64,000 nt of DNA, taken from a virus. Below the pieces are notes generated by a model. It was given only the letters and a program-made list of their open reading frames with translations, did not search any database and was not told where the DNA came from. The stretch lies in the UHGV virus genome UHGV-0021788. One strand, written 5' to 3'. How positions within the stretch are numbered: position 1 is the first letter of the stretch; every line of letters starts with the position of its first letter. A program made the translations under genes and the position numbers. Shown here in pieces: positions 46,060-55,195 of this stretch.

Positions 46060-47490
46060 TTAACTACATTTAGTAATTTTATATCCTTCGTATTTTGATA
46101 TAATACTTCTTTTAGATTTAGAAAAATTTGAAGAATATATTATAAATCCTTTTTTTGCAATATTATTATAATAAGTATCTTTTGATATATTTAATAATTT
46201 ACACAATTCTGTTAATGTTATTTTAGTTTTATTATTTTTTAAATCAATCAGATATAATGTTAATTCTTTAAATTTACCCTTTTCCTTTTGACTATCTACA
46301 TCATATTTTATATTATTTGAATCATTACCATCTTTTAAATACTTTCTTATAGTATGTCTATCTAATTTTAATAATTGACATATCTCACTTATACTTTTTC
46401 CATTTTTCCATAAGTCCCAAGTTTCAACACATAAACTTTTCTGAGAATTTTTCCATATTAAATTCCAATCTAAAATACTTAAATCGTATAAATATTTTAA
46501 ATTGGAATTTAATATTTTCATTTTTATATAATTAAAAGTATTACAATTATATTCTTTAGAATCCATCAAATCTACTCTTATGACATATATCTCATGCTCT
46601 AAGCATTTCTTATCTTTCCAACTATCTATTTCTTTTCTTTTATTTTTATGATTATCTTTATATTCTGCATCCATTTCTATAGCAATTTTTAAATGTTTAT
46701 CATATCCGTCTAATCTTTTATTTTCCAACCATATTGGAGAATATTCAAATTCTAAATCTAAATTAAGTTGTTCTGATATTTGTCTTAAAATTTTATTTGG
46801 TAAACTTATTCCATCTGAACAATATTCACAATGATGATTTTGAAGCATAACACTACTCAATTCTTTCTTATTATTTGATATTTTATTACACTTATCACAT
46901 TTAAAATAAAACTTTTTATTACTTTGACAAGCTATATTATAACAATCATCAAAAGTTAAATTATTCTCAGATATAGCAATCATTTTGGCTATATTTGGAT
47001 AATTGTAAGCTAAACTATCTTTATAATGAATCTTTCTTCTATTACAATATCCACATCTATGACCTCTGCAAAATCGACTTGGTTTAGTTTTATATCCTAT
47101 TTTATCACCCTCTTTATTGTAGTTATGACAATTATATTCTAAACAATACAACCATATTTCCTTATCACTCCCAAAAGAAATAAAATAAGGATTTATATTA
47201 TTTTCATTATTCTTTTCCCAATTCCAAATATCATCTAAATTTAATCCTAATTCAACTTCTATATGATAAGCAAAACTTTTTTCATAACAGCCACAACAAT
47301 TCCTACATTTATTTATATATTTATTAAAACTATCCAATCTAATAATTAACTCATTATCACAATACAAATGTGTTACATTCACTTTAATTCTATCTTTTCC
47401 ATTCTCTTTTAGTTTAATAGAATAATTATATTTAAAAGTATTATATTGTTCAACTTTATTTTTATGATTTTCATTATAATATTTTACCAT
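46060..47490 (-). CDS. Free-standing homing endonuclease (multiple CxxC zinc-ribbons + PD-(D/E)XK-like core + C-terminal HTH).
   Basis: 'CRGHRCGYCNRRK', 'CDKCNKISNNKK', 'CEYCSDGIS', 'IAIEMDAEYKD', 'ICQLLKLDRHTIRKYLK'. Paralogue of 43108 and 55843. Confidence 0.5.
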   Translation of the reverse strand: MVKYYNENHKNKVEQYNTFKYNYSIKLKENGKDRIKVNVTHLYCDNELIIRLDSFNKYINKCRNCCGCYEKSFAYHIEVELGLNLDDIWNWEKNNENNINPYFISFGSDKEIWLYCLEYNCHNYNKEGDKIGYKTKPSRFCRGHRCGYCNRRKIHYKDSLAYNYPNIAKMIAISENNLTFDDCYNIACQSNKKFYFKCDKCNKISNNKKELSSVMLQNHHCEYCSDGISLPNKILRQISEQLNLDLEFEYSPIWLENKRLDGYDKHLKIAIEMDAEYKDNHKNKRKEIDSWKDKKCLEHEIYVIRVDLMDSKEYNCNTFNYIKMKILNSNLKYLYDLSILDWNLIWKNSQKSLCVETWDLWKNGKSISEICQLLKLDRHTIRKYLKDGNDSNNIKYDVDSQKEKGKFKELTLYLIDLKNNKTKITLTELCKLLNISKDTYYNNIAKKGFIIYSSNFSKSKRSIISKYEGYKITKCS

Positions 47491-47583
47491 TATTTACCAC
47501 CTCGTTTATATTATAAGACTTGGTGGTTATAAATAATGGTAAAATATGTAATTAAAGGTGTATATATTTATTATATAATATAT

Positions 47584-50001
47584 CTATTCACATTTACTCC
47601 AAGAGCATGCACCACATTGAATGCATCCTCCCACGTAGGATAACTCTTCATAGCACACTGGACATCTACTGAATCTTTGAGCAAATGCAACTTCTCCATA
47701 CTCATTTATAAAATCTAATTCTTCTTTAGTAAATATTTCATGTTTACTTAATTTATATTCTTCTTTTTTTTCTTTAACTACTTCCATAGTTTCCTTTTTA
47801 TCATAATATCCTAATAATCGAAGCTCTTCTAAACAATCATTTTTTAAATCCTTTTCAACATCCAATAACATATGCAATATTGCAGAACCACAAGAATTTC
47901 CTTTTGATACTATTTGTCCTTTTGCTCTTGCTCTTGCAAATGAACTACAGTTACCCGCTCCTTCATAGCTCTTCTCTAAACTTTGAAGCGAACCTCCAGT
48001 TCTAATAAGGTTAGATATTGTTATAGCTATATTTTGTATGCTTAAAGAACATCCACCTTTAGCTGAATTCGTTACATATACATCAAATACTCTCTTTTCA
48101 CTAGGTATAATAGTTATATGTAATGTCATTTTTCCACATCCACTATATATTTTTCTAGGTATTTCTATACATCCTTGAGGTTTAACTTCCCATTCACCAC
48201 GTTTTAATTCATGAGGTTTTTCGTCCTCTTTAGTATTCTCATTAGTTAATAATATACCTTGTCTTACTTCATTAGGTCTAAATACAGTACATCCTTTTAT
48301 TCCTCTTTTCCAACATTCCATATAAACATCTTTCATTTCTTCAAAAGGGTATTCTGTTGGTATGTTAATGGTCTTACTACAACTCATATCTGTATGAAAG
48401 GCTATTGTAGATAATATATCTAAATGACTTTTAACACTCAATTCCATAGATGTTTTAAATACATCTTTATTTACTATATTATCTTCATTATTAAATTCTA
48501 ACCATTCTCCATAAGCATAATCTCTCATTTTATATATTCTTTCATGTTCTTCGTCTTGACCTCCAACTTTTATCTTCCTATCATATTCTAAAGAAAATAT
48601 AGGTTCAAGACCACTTGAGCAGTTATTTCCATATGATAAAGATAAAGTTCCGGTAGGAGCGATTGATACAAGTCTAGCGTTTCTAATACCATCTTTTAAT
48701 ATTTTTTCTTTTATATTATTCCATTTTGAATTTCTTTCAATATGTTTTTTTATAAAATTACTTTCTACAAATTTCTCTCTATCTAAAAAATTAAATGAAC
48801 CTTTTTCTTTAGCAAGATTACAACTTTCATCATAAGCAGTATATACTATAAAATCCATTAATTCATCGGTTAATTGAATTGATTCTTCATCACCATACTC
48901 TAAACCTAGCATAACAAATAAATCTGCCAATCCAGTTATTCCTAATCCTATTGTTCTTATATTTTTTTGATAATTAGCATAATTTTCTAATGGATAATTA
49001 TTAATATCTATTATATCATCCAATAATCTTACCCCTACTCTAATAGCTTTTTCAAGTTTATTCATATTGATTCCAGCTTCTTTAGTAAATGGATTTTCAA
49101 CAAAGTTATGCAAGAATAAACTACCTAAATTACAAGCCCCAAAATAATCGTATCTAGCTTTACCATCTAAAGTAATAACACCACTAAGATATTCACCGCA
49201 TGGATTTGTTGTTACTATTTTTTCCATATACTTTAAATTATTATCTTTATTCATATTGTCATAATATAATACTCCATATTCTCCAGTATTATATGCTTTT
49301 TCCATTATTAAATTCCATAACTCTCTCGCATTAACCTCTTTTTTTACATTCCATTCATCTTCGTTATATATAAAATCACCATTTTCCGTCATACAAGGGT
49401 ATCTTAAATATATGTTTCCGTCTTTTTCTACGGCTTCCATAAATTTATCATCGACTAAAAATGATAAATTAAAATGTGTTAACTTACCTTCATCCCAAGA
49501 TTTACTTTCTAAAAATTCATAAATATCAGGATGATATATACAAAGACAGCCCATGTTAGCACCTCTACGTGAACCTTGTAAAACTGTATGAGTTTGTGCA
49601 TCAAATGCATTCATAAAAGATACTACTCCACTAGCTATAGCTTCATTAGAAGTTGGAGTACCATTAGGTCTTAATAGTGAGAAATTATATCCTGTTCCTC
49701 CACCAGCTTTTTGAGTTATAGCACCATATTTTACAAAATTAAATATTCCTTCCATTGAATCAGGTACAAAATTTAAAGAAAAACAATTATTTAATGTTAA
49801 TGATTTTCCTATTCCACTATTACTCATTGTTCTACCAGCTGGATAAAATAATCCATCTATCATTACATCATAAAAATCTTGTTTTTCTTTATCTGTTGAA
49901 CCTATATAATCAGCTACTCTTCTTAACTGTTCTTCAAAAGTTTCATCATGTTTTCTATATCTATCATTCCATATTTCTTTAGAAATCAAATTATTTATCA
50001 T
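47584..50001 (-). CDS. nrdJ: Class II (adenosylcobalamin-dependent) ribonucleotide reductase NrdJ.
   Basis: N-terminal 'WNDRYRKHDETFEEQLRRVA'. 'TNPCGE' active-site motif. C-terminal CxxC...CxxC zinc ribbon 'CPVCYEE...CIQCGACSW'. Confidence 0.7.
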   Translation of the reverse strand: MINNLISKEIWNDRYRKHDETFEEQLRRVADYIGSTDKEKQDFYDVMIDGLFYPAGRTMSNSGIGKSLTLNNCFSLNFVPDSMEGIFNFVKYGAITQKAGGGTGYNFSLLRPNGTPTSNEAIASGVVSFMNAFDAQTHTVLQGSRRGANMGCLCIYHPDIYEFLESKSWDEGKLTHFNLSFLVDDKFMEAVEKDGNIYLRYPCMTENGDFIYNEDEWNVKKEVNARELWNLIMEKAYNTGEYGVLYYDNMNKDNNLKYMEKIVTTNPCGEYLSGVITLDGKARYDYFGACNLGSLFLHNFVENPFTKEAGINMNKLEKAIRVGVRLLDDIIDINNYPLENYANYQKNIRTIGLGITGLADLFVMLGLEYGDEESIQLTDELMDFIVYTAYDESCNLAKEKGSFNFLDREKFVESNFIKKHIERNSKWNNIKEKILKDGIRNARLVSIAPTGTLSLSYGNNCSSGLEPIFSLEYDRKIKVGGQDEEHERIYKMRDYAYGEWLEFNNEDNIVNKDVFKTSMELSVKSHLDILSTIAFHTDMSCSKTINIPTEYPFEEMKDVYMECWKRGIKGCTVFRPNEVRQGILLTNENTKEDEKPHELKRGEWEVKPQGCIEIPRKIYSGCGKMTLHITIIPSEKRVFDVYVTNSAKGGCSLSIQNIAITISNLIRTGGSLQSLEKSYEGAGNCSSFARARAKGQIVSKGNSCGSAILHMLLDVEKDLKNDCLEELRLLGYYDKKETMEVVKEKKEEYKLSKHEIFTKEELDFINEYGEVAFAQRFSRCPVCYEELSYVGGCIQCGACSWSKCE

Positions 50002-50029
50002 ATTATCTCTCCTTTTTAATTTAATATAA

Positions 50030-50045
50030 CCACTATATATTGTGT
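50030..50045 (-). promoter_or_regulatory. NrdR box 1 (CCACTATATATTGTGT), one mismatch to the acaCwAtATaTwGtgt consensus.
   Basis: Near-palindromic 16-mer 45 nt upstream of the nrdJ ATG. Confidence 0.55.
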
Positions 50046-50062
50046 AGCATATAAAAAATAAG

Positions 50063-50078
50063 ACACTATATATTGTAT
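50063..50078 (-). promoter_or_regulatory. NrdR box 2 (ACACTATATATTGTAT), 33 bp from box 1.
   Basis: Tandem arrangement typical of NrdR operators. Confidence 0.5.
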
Positions 50079-50225
50079 TTTTAACCCCTAACCTTAATAA
50101 AAATGAATCAATTAATATTTATAAAATTTCATGAATTGATATAATGTTAAAGTTTGTTGTTTTTCTAATGAAGCTAATATATTATTCATAATTCATCTCT
50201 CCTTTATTAAGATTATTTTAATTAT

Positions 50226-50254
50226 ATTATACTAATATTATTTATAAAAATCAA
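50226..50254 (-). promoter_or_regulatory. Early promoter TTGATT-N17-TATAAT upstream of a 25-aa leader ORF and nrdJ.
   Basis: + strand ATTATA 50226-31, AATCAA 50249-54. Confidence 0.5.
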
Positions 50255-50387
50255 TAAAACAAATGTATATTTTTAAAATCTTTTGATAATAATATTAGTA
50301 TCAAAGAGTTGTCAACGTGCTTTCATGATAAACCTATCGCCTTTTTACCAACTGACTAATTGTAAATTTGACAACTCTTTGATAGAA

Positions 50388-51389
50388 TTATTTTGCTGAA
50401 TTATCTGCATTATCTAAAGTCAATAGTCTAGCATAATTTAAATATCCAATTTTTCTAACCAATTTTTCAGATGAATATCCATTTTTTAATATCATATGGT
50501 TATTTATTAACCAAGCTATATCCATAATATCTCTATCACAAAGTTTAGTATATTTTATTAATACATCTATAACATCATAAGCTGACATATTCTCATGATT
50601 ATAATAATGGCAATGTCTACCTTCTTCGTCTTCTGTTTTTGCTATTGGTTTACTTATGTCATGCAACATAGAAGCTATTAATAAATTTTCATCAAGTTTA
50701 CTAACTTCTTTAATTTTCTTATAACAAAAATACATATGTTTACTTAAGGATAAATTGTGCCATTTACTATCTTGTGGCATTTCTATGCAATTGCTTAAGC
50801 TTAATTCAATTAATAAATTAATGTATTCTTTATAATCATCACATTTAATAAATCTTTCTTTATCCATACCTAAGCCAATTTTTCTTCTATTATCAATATA
50901 TAATTTTGTTTTATTATCATAATCTATAATAATTTCATCAAACCCTTCACATTTATGTGGTATTTCTATATTTTTATACATTCTTTCTACAACTTCATTA
51001 GGAACTTCTCTATCTCTTGCTTCATTATCTATAATACAATTTGTTAAATTCTTATATTTAAATAAACAAATTACTTTAGAATAATATTTTTTCATTTCTT
51101 TTAATAAGGCTCTTCTACGTTTGCTAGATATATTTGTAGCTTCATATATAGTCACATAACCTTTAGATAAACTCTTTTTTGTTCTTTTCCTCATCATTTC
51201 AAATACTTCTTTATTTTTGCTTTGGTCTTCTATGTCATTTAATAATTCTTTTCTAATTTCATCTGATGATATAACTTCTATATTTTTATCTTTATTTTCT
51301 TCTATATAATTTTTAACCCAAGATGTTTTTCCACTTCCAGGTATACCAACTGCAACAATTAGAATTCCTTGCAATTTTCTTCCACCCAC
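50388..51389 (-). CDS. Polynucleotide-kinase-like P-loop kinase fused to a C-terminal HD-domain phosphohydrolase.
   Basis: 'LIVAVGIPGSGKTSWV' (T4 Pnk-like Walker A). 'KHMYF...LLIASMLHDISKP' (H...HD). Translationally coupled to the RNA ligase gene. Confidence 0.6.
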   Translation of the reverse strand: MGGRKLQGILIVAVGIPGSGKTSWVKNYIEENKDKNIEVISSDEIRKELLNDIEDQSKNKEVFEMMRKRTKKSLSKGYVTIYEATNISSKRRRALLKEMKKYYSKVICLFKYKNLTNCIIDNEARDREVPNEVVERMYKNIEIPHKCEGFDEIIIDYDNKTKLYIDNRRKIGLGMDKERFIKCDDYKEYINLLIELSLSNCIEMPQDSKWHNLSLSKHMYFCYKKIKEVSKLDENLLIASMLHDISKPIAKTEDEEGRHCHYYNHENMSAYDVIDVLIKYTKLCDRDIMDIAWLINNHMILKNGYSSEKLVRKIGYLNYARLLTLDNADNSAK

Positions 51390-52594
51390 TTTCTTATTTC
51401 ATTATATTTTTTATATGCACCACTATGAGATTTAAGTATATTATATTTTCTTCCTAAATATTTCATTCTAACAAATTCTCTAATGTCACTATCTAAACAA
51501 TTAATATATTTATGTAATTCTTTATCGGTTTGAAGCTTACCTTTATTTCTTAATAATTCTATATTTATTCTATTTTTTGTTATTTTCATATTCATTCCAA
51601 CTATAAATTTTTCTATGGTATCTATTGTGTTTTTATTTGTTTCTTTTAGTGAGGACGACATATTAGCATATAAATCATCTATTGTGTCATCTGCATATGC
51701 TTTTATTATTGTGTTAGCAGAACTTAATTTATCATTTAGTCTATGTAATTGTAGATAGTCTTCACATTTAAGTTTTATTTTATGACCGTCTATATTTAAT
51801 ACAAACCCTTCTCCATCGTTTATTGTCATTTTATTTAAACGTTCCAAGACTTCTTCTAATGTATCACATTGATAAATCTTACAACAAGGAACATTAAATT
51901 TTATTGATGTTTTTTTAATGTATTTATAATCATATTCTTTACCATCTAAAACGCTTCTCATACCTATAAGATATAGACCTTTTTCTTTAGAATAGTCATA
52001 AGGAATAACATGCTTATCTTTTTCTGATATATATTCAAATACAAATGTTATCATTGGACAACTTTTTATCATCTGTTTATGATTATCTGTTAACATTTCA
52101 AATCCTTCTTTTAATCTAAATGAATTATTTATATCTAAAGATATACTTCCACTACCAACTATTTTTCCGTTATAATACCTATATGATTGCATACTACCAT
52201 CTAATTTTTCAGATACTTCAAACATATCGCAGTTGTTTATTTCTTCTTCTATAATATCTTTCATATTTTCTTTTACTTCATTCATATTAAAAAATTTTCT
52301 AAATGGTGTTAATACCATTTCTTCATTTTTTATATCAAAAACCAAACTTCTTGCTTCTCTTAGTGGAGAATTTTCATCTTCCCACATATTTCTTCCCATT
52401 TCATGTAATTTATATCTAATTAATACCAAGTCGTCTTTTTGATTAATTTGTACTTCATCAAATATTTCATTATATGGAATCCCTTCTTCTTTCATTGTAT
52501 CAATCATACCATTGAAAATTATATAATCTCCAAAATATTTAATATAATCATGTTTTAACTTAATACATTCATCAAACATTTTATTCCAACTCAT
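51359..52594 (-). CDS. RNA ligase, Rnl1 (T4 RnlA) family.
   Basis: Motif I 'EVSEKLDGSMQSYRYYNGKIVGSGS' (cf. T4 Rnl1 'TKEDGSLVSTYLDG..KSKGS'). Confidence 0.65.
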   Translation of the reverse strand: MSWNKMFDECIKLKHDYIKYFGDYIIFNGMIDTMKEEGIPYNEIFDEVQINQKDDLVLIRYKLHEMGRNMWEDENSPLREARSLVFDIKNEEMVLTPFRKFFNMNEVKENMKDIIEEEINNCDMFEVSEKLDGSMQSYRYYNGKIVGSGSISLDINNSFRLKEGFEMLTDNHKQMIKSCPMITFVFEYISEKDKHVIPYDYSKEKGLYLIGMRSVLDGKEYDYKYIKKTSIKFNVPCCKIYQCDTLEEVLERLNKMTINDGEGFVLNIDGHKIKLKCEDYLQLHRLNDKLSSANTIIKAYADDTIDDLYANMSSSLKETNKNTIDTIEKFIVGMNMKITKNRINIELLRNKGKLQTDKELHKYINCLDSDIREFVRMKYLGRKYNILKSHSGAYKKYNEIRKWVEENCKEF

Positions 52595-52638
52595 ATCATC
52601 ATCTCCTTAAAAATAATAGTTTGTGTATCTTTACTTAT

Positions 52639-52667
52639 ATTATACACAAACTATTATCAAAAGTCAA
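52639..52667 (-). promoter_or_regulatory. Early promoter TTGACT-N17-TATAAT upstream of the rnl-pnk operon.
   Basis: + strand ATTATA 52639-44, AGTCAA 52662-67, then RBS AAGGAGATGATGATATG. Confidence 0.6.
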
Positions 52668-52683
52668 TTATTTTTTATTATTT

Positions 52684-53622
52684 TTATTCAGTATCTTCAT
52701 CATATTTACTTAATACTTCACCTAATGTTTTAGATAATTCATCTTTATCTTCTTCTTCATCCTCAGTATCTTCTTCTTCATCTTCTTTGTGGCAATCACA
52801 ATTTCCGTCACATTCACAATTTCCACCACATTTACATTCTTTCTTATCTTCCATTTCTTCATCTCCCTCCTCATCTTCATCTTCATCATTTAATCCTAAA
52901 ATTTCAGATAAACCTGTATGTAATAAAGTTATCGCCAATTCTCCTTCTTCCATATCCATTAATTGAGCAAAGGTTTGAACTGCTAAAGCAGTTGCTTGAT
53001 TAAATCTTTCATCTAATTCATCCCAATCAGGTTCACAACCTTCATATCCATAATTTACTATTCCTAACTCTATTGCTTCCTCATAGCCATAGTATATACA
53101 TTTTAATCTACTTGCTTCAATTTGTTCTTCAGGTATATTTGTTTGTTCTCTTATCATTTTATCATATAAATCATCCATATAATCACTATGGTCTAAATCA
53201 CTTCTAACTTCTTCTCTATATCCCATATAATGAGAACGACTACTATGATTCATGCCAGCAAATAATTTATCTGCTGTCCTTTTATTAAATGCTATATATA
53301 TTATGAACGCCATAGACATACAAGTTATTCCATTTGCTATTAAAGGTATTTCTAATTCTTGCATCTCTTTTATTCTTGATATAATTAAGTTACCATCATA
53401 TATATTTCCTCCAGGAGAGTTTATAGTAACTGTTATCGTAGGAAATTTTTGTTGCATAATTTCTTTTATATAAGAAGTTTCAGTTTTATATGATGTAAAT
53501 TCATCTATTATATCTTGTGTTTCTTCAATAAACTTATTAGATACATTATCATCAATTATTCCAGTTATAAATAATTCAGTTCTTAATTTATTTTTTTTAT
53601 CTACCATATTTTTATTCTTCAC
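52684..53622 (-). CDS. ClpP-family serine protease with an acidic, Cys-rich C-terminal extension.
   Basis: 'TINSPGGNIYDG', 'ANGITCMSMAFIIYIAFNKR', 'AGMNHS' (ClpP Ser/His regions). Tail 'ECKCGGNCECDGNCDCH' flanked by poly-E/D. Confidence 0.5.
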   Translation of the reverse strand: MKNKNMVDKKNKLRTELFITGIIDDNVSNKFIEETQDIIDEFTSYKTETSYIKEIMQQKFPTITVTINSPGGNIYDGNLIISRIKEMQELEIPLIANGITCMSMAFIIYIAFNKRTADKLFAGMNHSSRSHYMGYREEVRSDLDHSDYMDDLYDKMIREQTNIPEEQIEASRLKCIYYGYEEAIELGIVNYGYEGCEPDWDELDERFNQATALAVQTFAQLMDMEEGELAITLLHTGLSEILGLNDEDEDEEGDEEMEDKKECKCGGNCECDGNCDCHKEDEEEDTEDEEEDKDELSKTLGEVLSKYDEDTE

Positions 53623-53635
53623 TTTGTTATCAAAG

Positions 53636-54364
53636 TTACTCTCCTTGTTTTATTCTATATACTTTATTATGATTCCATACTAAAAACTTCCATTTTAACT
53701 TAACTCCATTAGGTAGTTTTCCAGCAGTTTTAATATTTATTTTTTTACCATTTGCCATACGATAACCATAACAACATCTAGTTATTCCAGATTGATGACA
53801 ATTATAATATTGAGAAGCTTCTGATAATGATGTAAAAATTCTTTTTGTTGTTAAACATATAACGCTTTTAGCTTCTGGATGATTACCAAATGAAACATCA
53901 GCATGATTTTTACTCATTTTTATTCTGGACTCTTCACTCATTTTAACTCCAAACATATGATTATCTTCTCCACAATATTTACCTTTTTTATTTTTACTCA
54001 TTTTTTTCTTACTTTCTTCTTTATGATGATATCCACTTACTCCTTCTCCTCCCCAACTACAATTAACTAAATGATAATTTTTACCATCACAACTTCCATT
54101 ATTAATTATATCAATAGAATAACCTTCATTAAACACTAGATTATATATTGTTTCTTCTTCCAATTGAAACGCTTCTTTTTCTGTTAGGTTATCATATAAT
54201 ATTTCAACAACACATTCTGTTTTATTTAATATATTTGTAAAATGATTGCTTCTATCTTGTAAAACAAATCGTCTTCTGTCTTTTCCTTTGCCTATATAAA
54301 AATAAGTATTTGTATCTAATCTTATATATCCATATACATAGTATTTATTATTCATTTTTATCAC
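53636..54364 (-). CDS. Free-standing GIY-YIG homing endonuclease with NUMOD3-like repeats. The likely real start is ATG 54355.
   Basis: 'KYYVYGYIRLDTNTYFYIGKGKDRRRF'. 'GYHHKEESKKKMSKNKKGKYCGEDNHMFGVKMSEESRIKMSKNH'. Confidence 0.7.
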   Translation of the reverse strand: MIKMNNKYYVYGYIRLDTNTYFYIGKGKDRRRFVLQDRSNHFTNILNKTECVVEILYDNLTEKEAFQLEEETIYNLVFNEGYSIDIINNGSCDGKNYHLVNCSWGGEGVSGYHHKEESKKKMSKNKKGKYCGEDNHMFGVKMSEESRIKMSKNHADVSFGNHPEAKSVICLTTKRIFTSLSEASQYYNCHQSGITRCCYGYRMANGKKINIKTAGKLPNGVKLKWKFLVWNHNKVYRIKQGE

Positions 54365-54521
54365 CTATGTATTCCAAATATTGTTCATGAGTATAATATC
54401 TTCTATTAGTTGGAGTTCTATATGCTACTAATAATCCTTTTTTATCCCATCTTTGTAATGTTTTTACAGATACTCCTAATAATTTTGCAAATTCTTTTGG
54501 TTTATATATCTTACCTTCCAT
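54348..54521 (-). CDS. Small MerR/excisionase-type HTH protein (57 aa), overlapping the GIY-YIG start; absent from the ORF track.
   Basis: RBS GTGAGGTGATAAAATG. 'KPKEFAKLLGVSVKTLQRWDKKGLLVAYRTPTNRRYYTHEQ'. Confidence 0.45.
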   Translation of the reverse strand: MEGKIYKPKEFAKLLGVSVKTLQRWDKKGLLVAYRTPTNRRYYTHEQYLEYIGDKNE

Positions 54522-54599
54522 TTTATCACCTCACTATCTAGGTAAGACTATATTTGTATACTTTTGTCTATATTTATTTATGTTTATTATTTTAATTAT

Positions 54600-54628
54600 A
54601 TTATACTAAAAAATTTATTAAAAGTAAA
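54600..54628 (-). promoter_or_regulatory. Early promoter TTTACT-N17-TATAAT upstream of the HTH-GIY-YIG pair.
   Basis: + strand ATTATA 54600-05, AGTAAA 54623-28. Confidence 0.5.
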
Positions 54629-54631
54629 TAG

Positions 54632-55195
54632 TTATTTCAAAATTTCTGTTTCTAAAGTTATAGGATTAATGTTTATAATTTCTACAATGTTTTCTTGTTG
54701 TAAAGCATATCTAATAGTATACCATGTCCCACCATGTTTTTCATGATTCCAACATGAAATAAGAACATTAGAATTGTCTATCATTAATTCATTTCTTTTT
54801 ATTAATTTTGCAATATGATATTCTCCTTCTATTGTATCTTTAACTTTATATTGTTCTACACTATCAACATAAATAACCTCATCACATTTCGACTTCATAA
54901 TATTATAAACTTCAATATCATTCTTTTTCCATTTTTTATATTGTTTTTCAAAAGGTATACAACCTATTATATTAGTTCCTTGTCTACTAAACCATAGCTC
55001 CTCAAAAGCTATTGTATCAAATCCTAATGCTAAACCATTATAAGCATTAATTATTTCGCCATATTTATTTTCGATATAAGAGAAAATTTCTTGTAGTTTA
55101 TCTCTCAATGGGTCGTATTTTTTACTGTAAATATTATCACCATATAACCCTTTTGGTCTATGACCAGTGAAAGATATATTAACCATATATTTCAC
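54632..55195 (-). CDS. DUF1273/YoqJ-like (SLOG superfamily) protein.
   Basis: N-terminal 'ISFTGHRPKGL' signature. Confidence 0.45.
   Translation of the reverse strand: MKYMVNISFTGHRPKGLYGDNIYSKKYDPLRDKLQEIFSYIENKYGEIINAYNGLALGFDTIAFEELWFSRQGTNIIGCIPFEKQYKKWKKNDIEVYNIMKSKCDEVIYVDSVEQYKVKDTIEGEYHIAKLIKRNELMIDNSNVLISCWNHEKHGGTWYTIRYALQQENIVEIININPITLETEILK

Noticed and set aside
47584-50001. Class Ia/Ib RNR large subunit (NrdA/NrdE).
   Set aside because: There is no adjacent small-subunit (NrdB/F) gene and no C-terminal YxxY/CxxC tail of class I. 'NPCGE' plus the C-terminal four-Cys ribbon and N-terminal 'DRY...ETFEE' fit class II NrdJ better.
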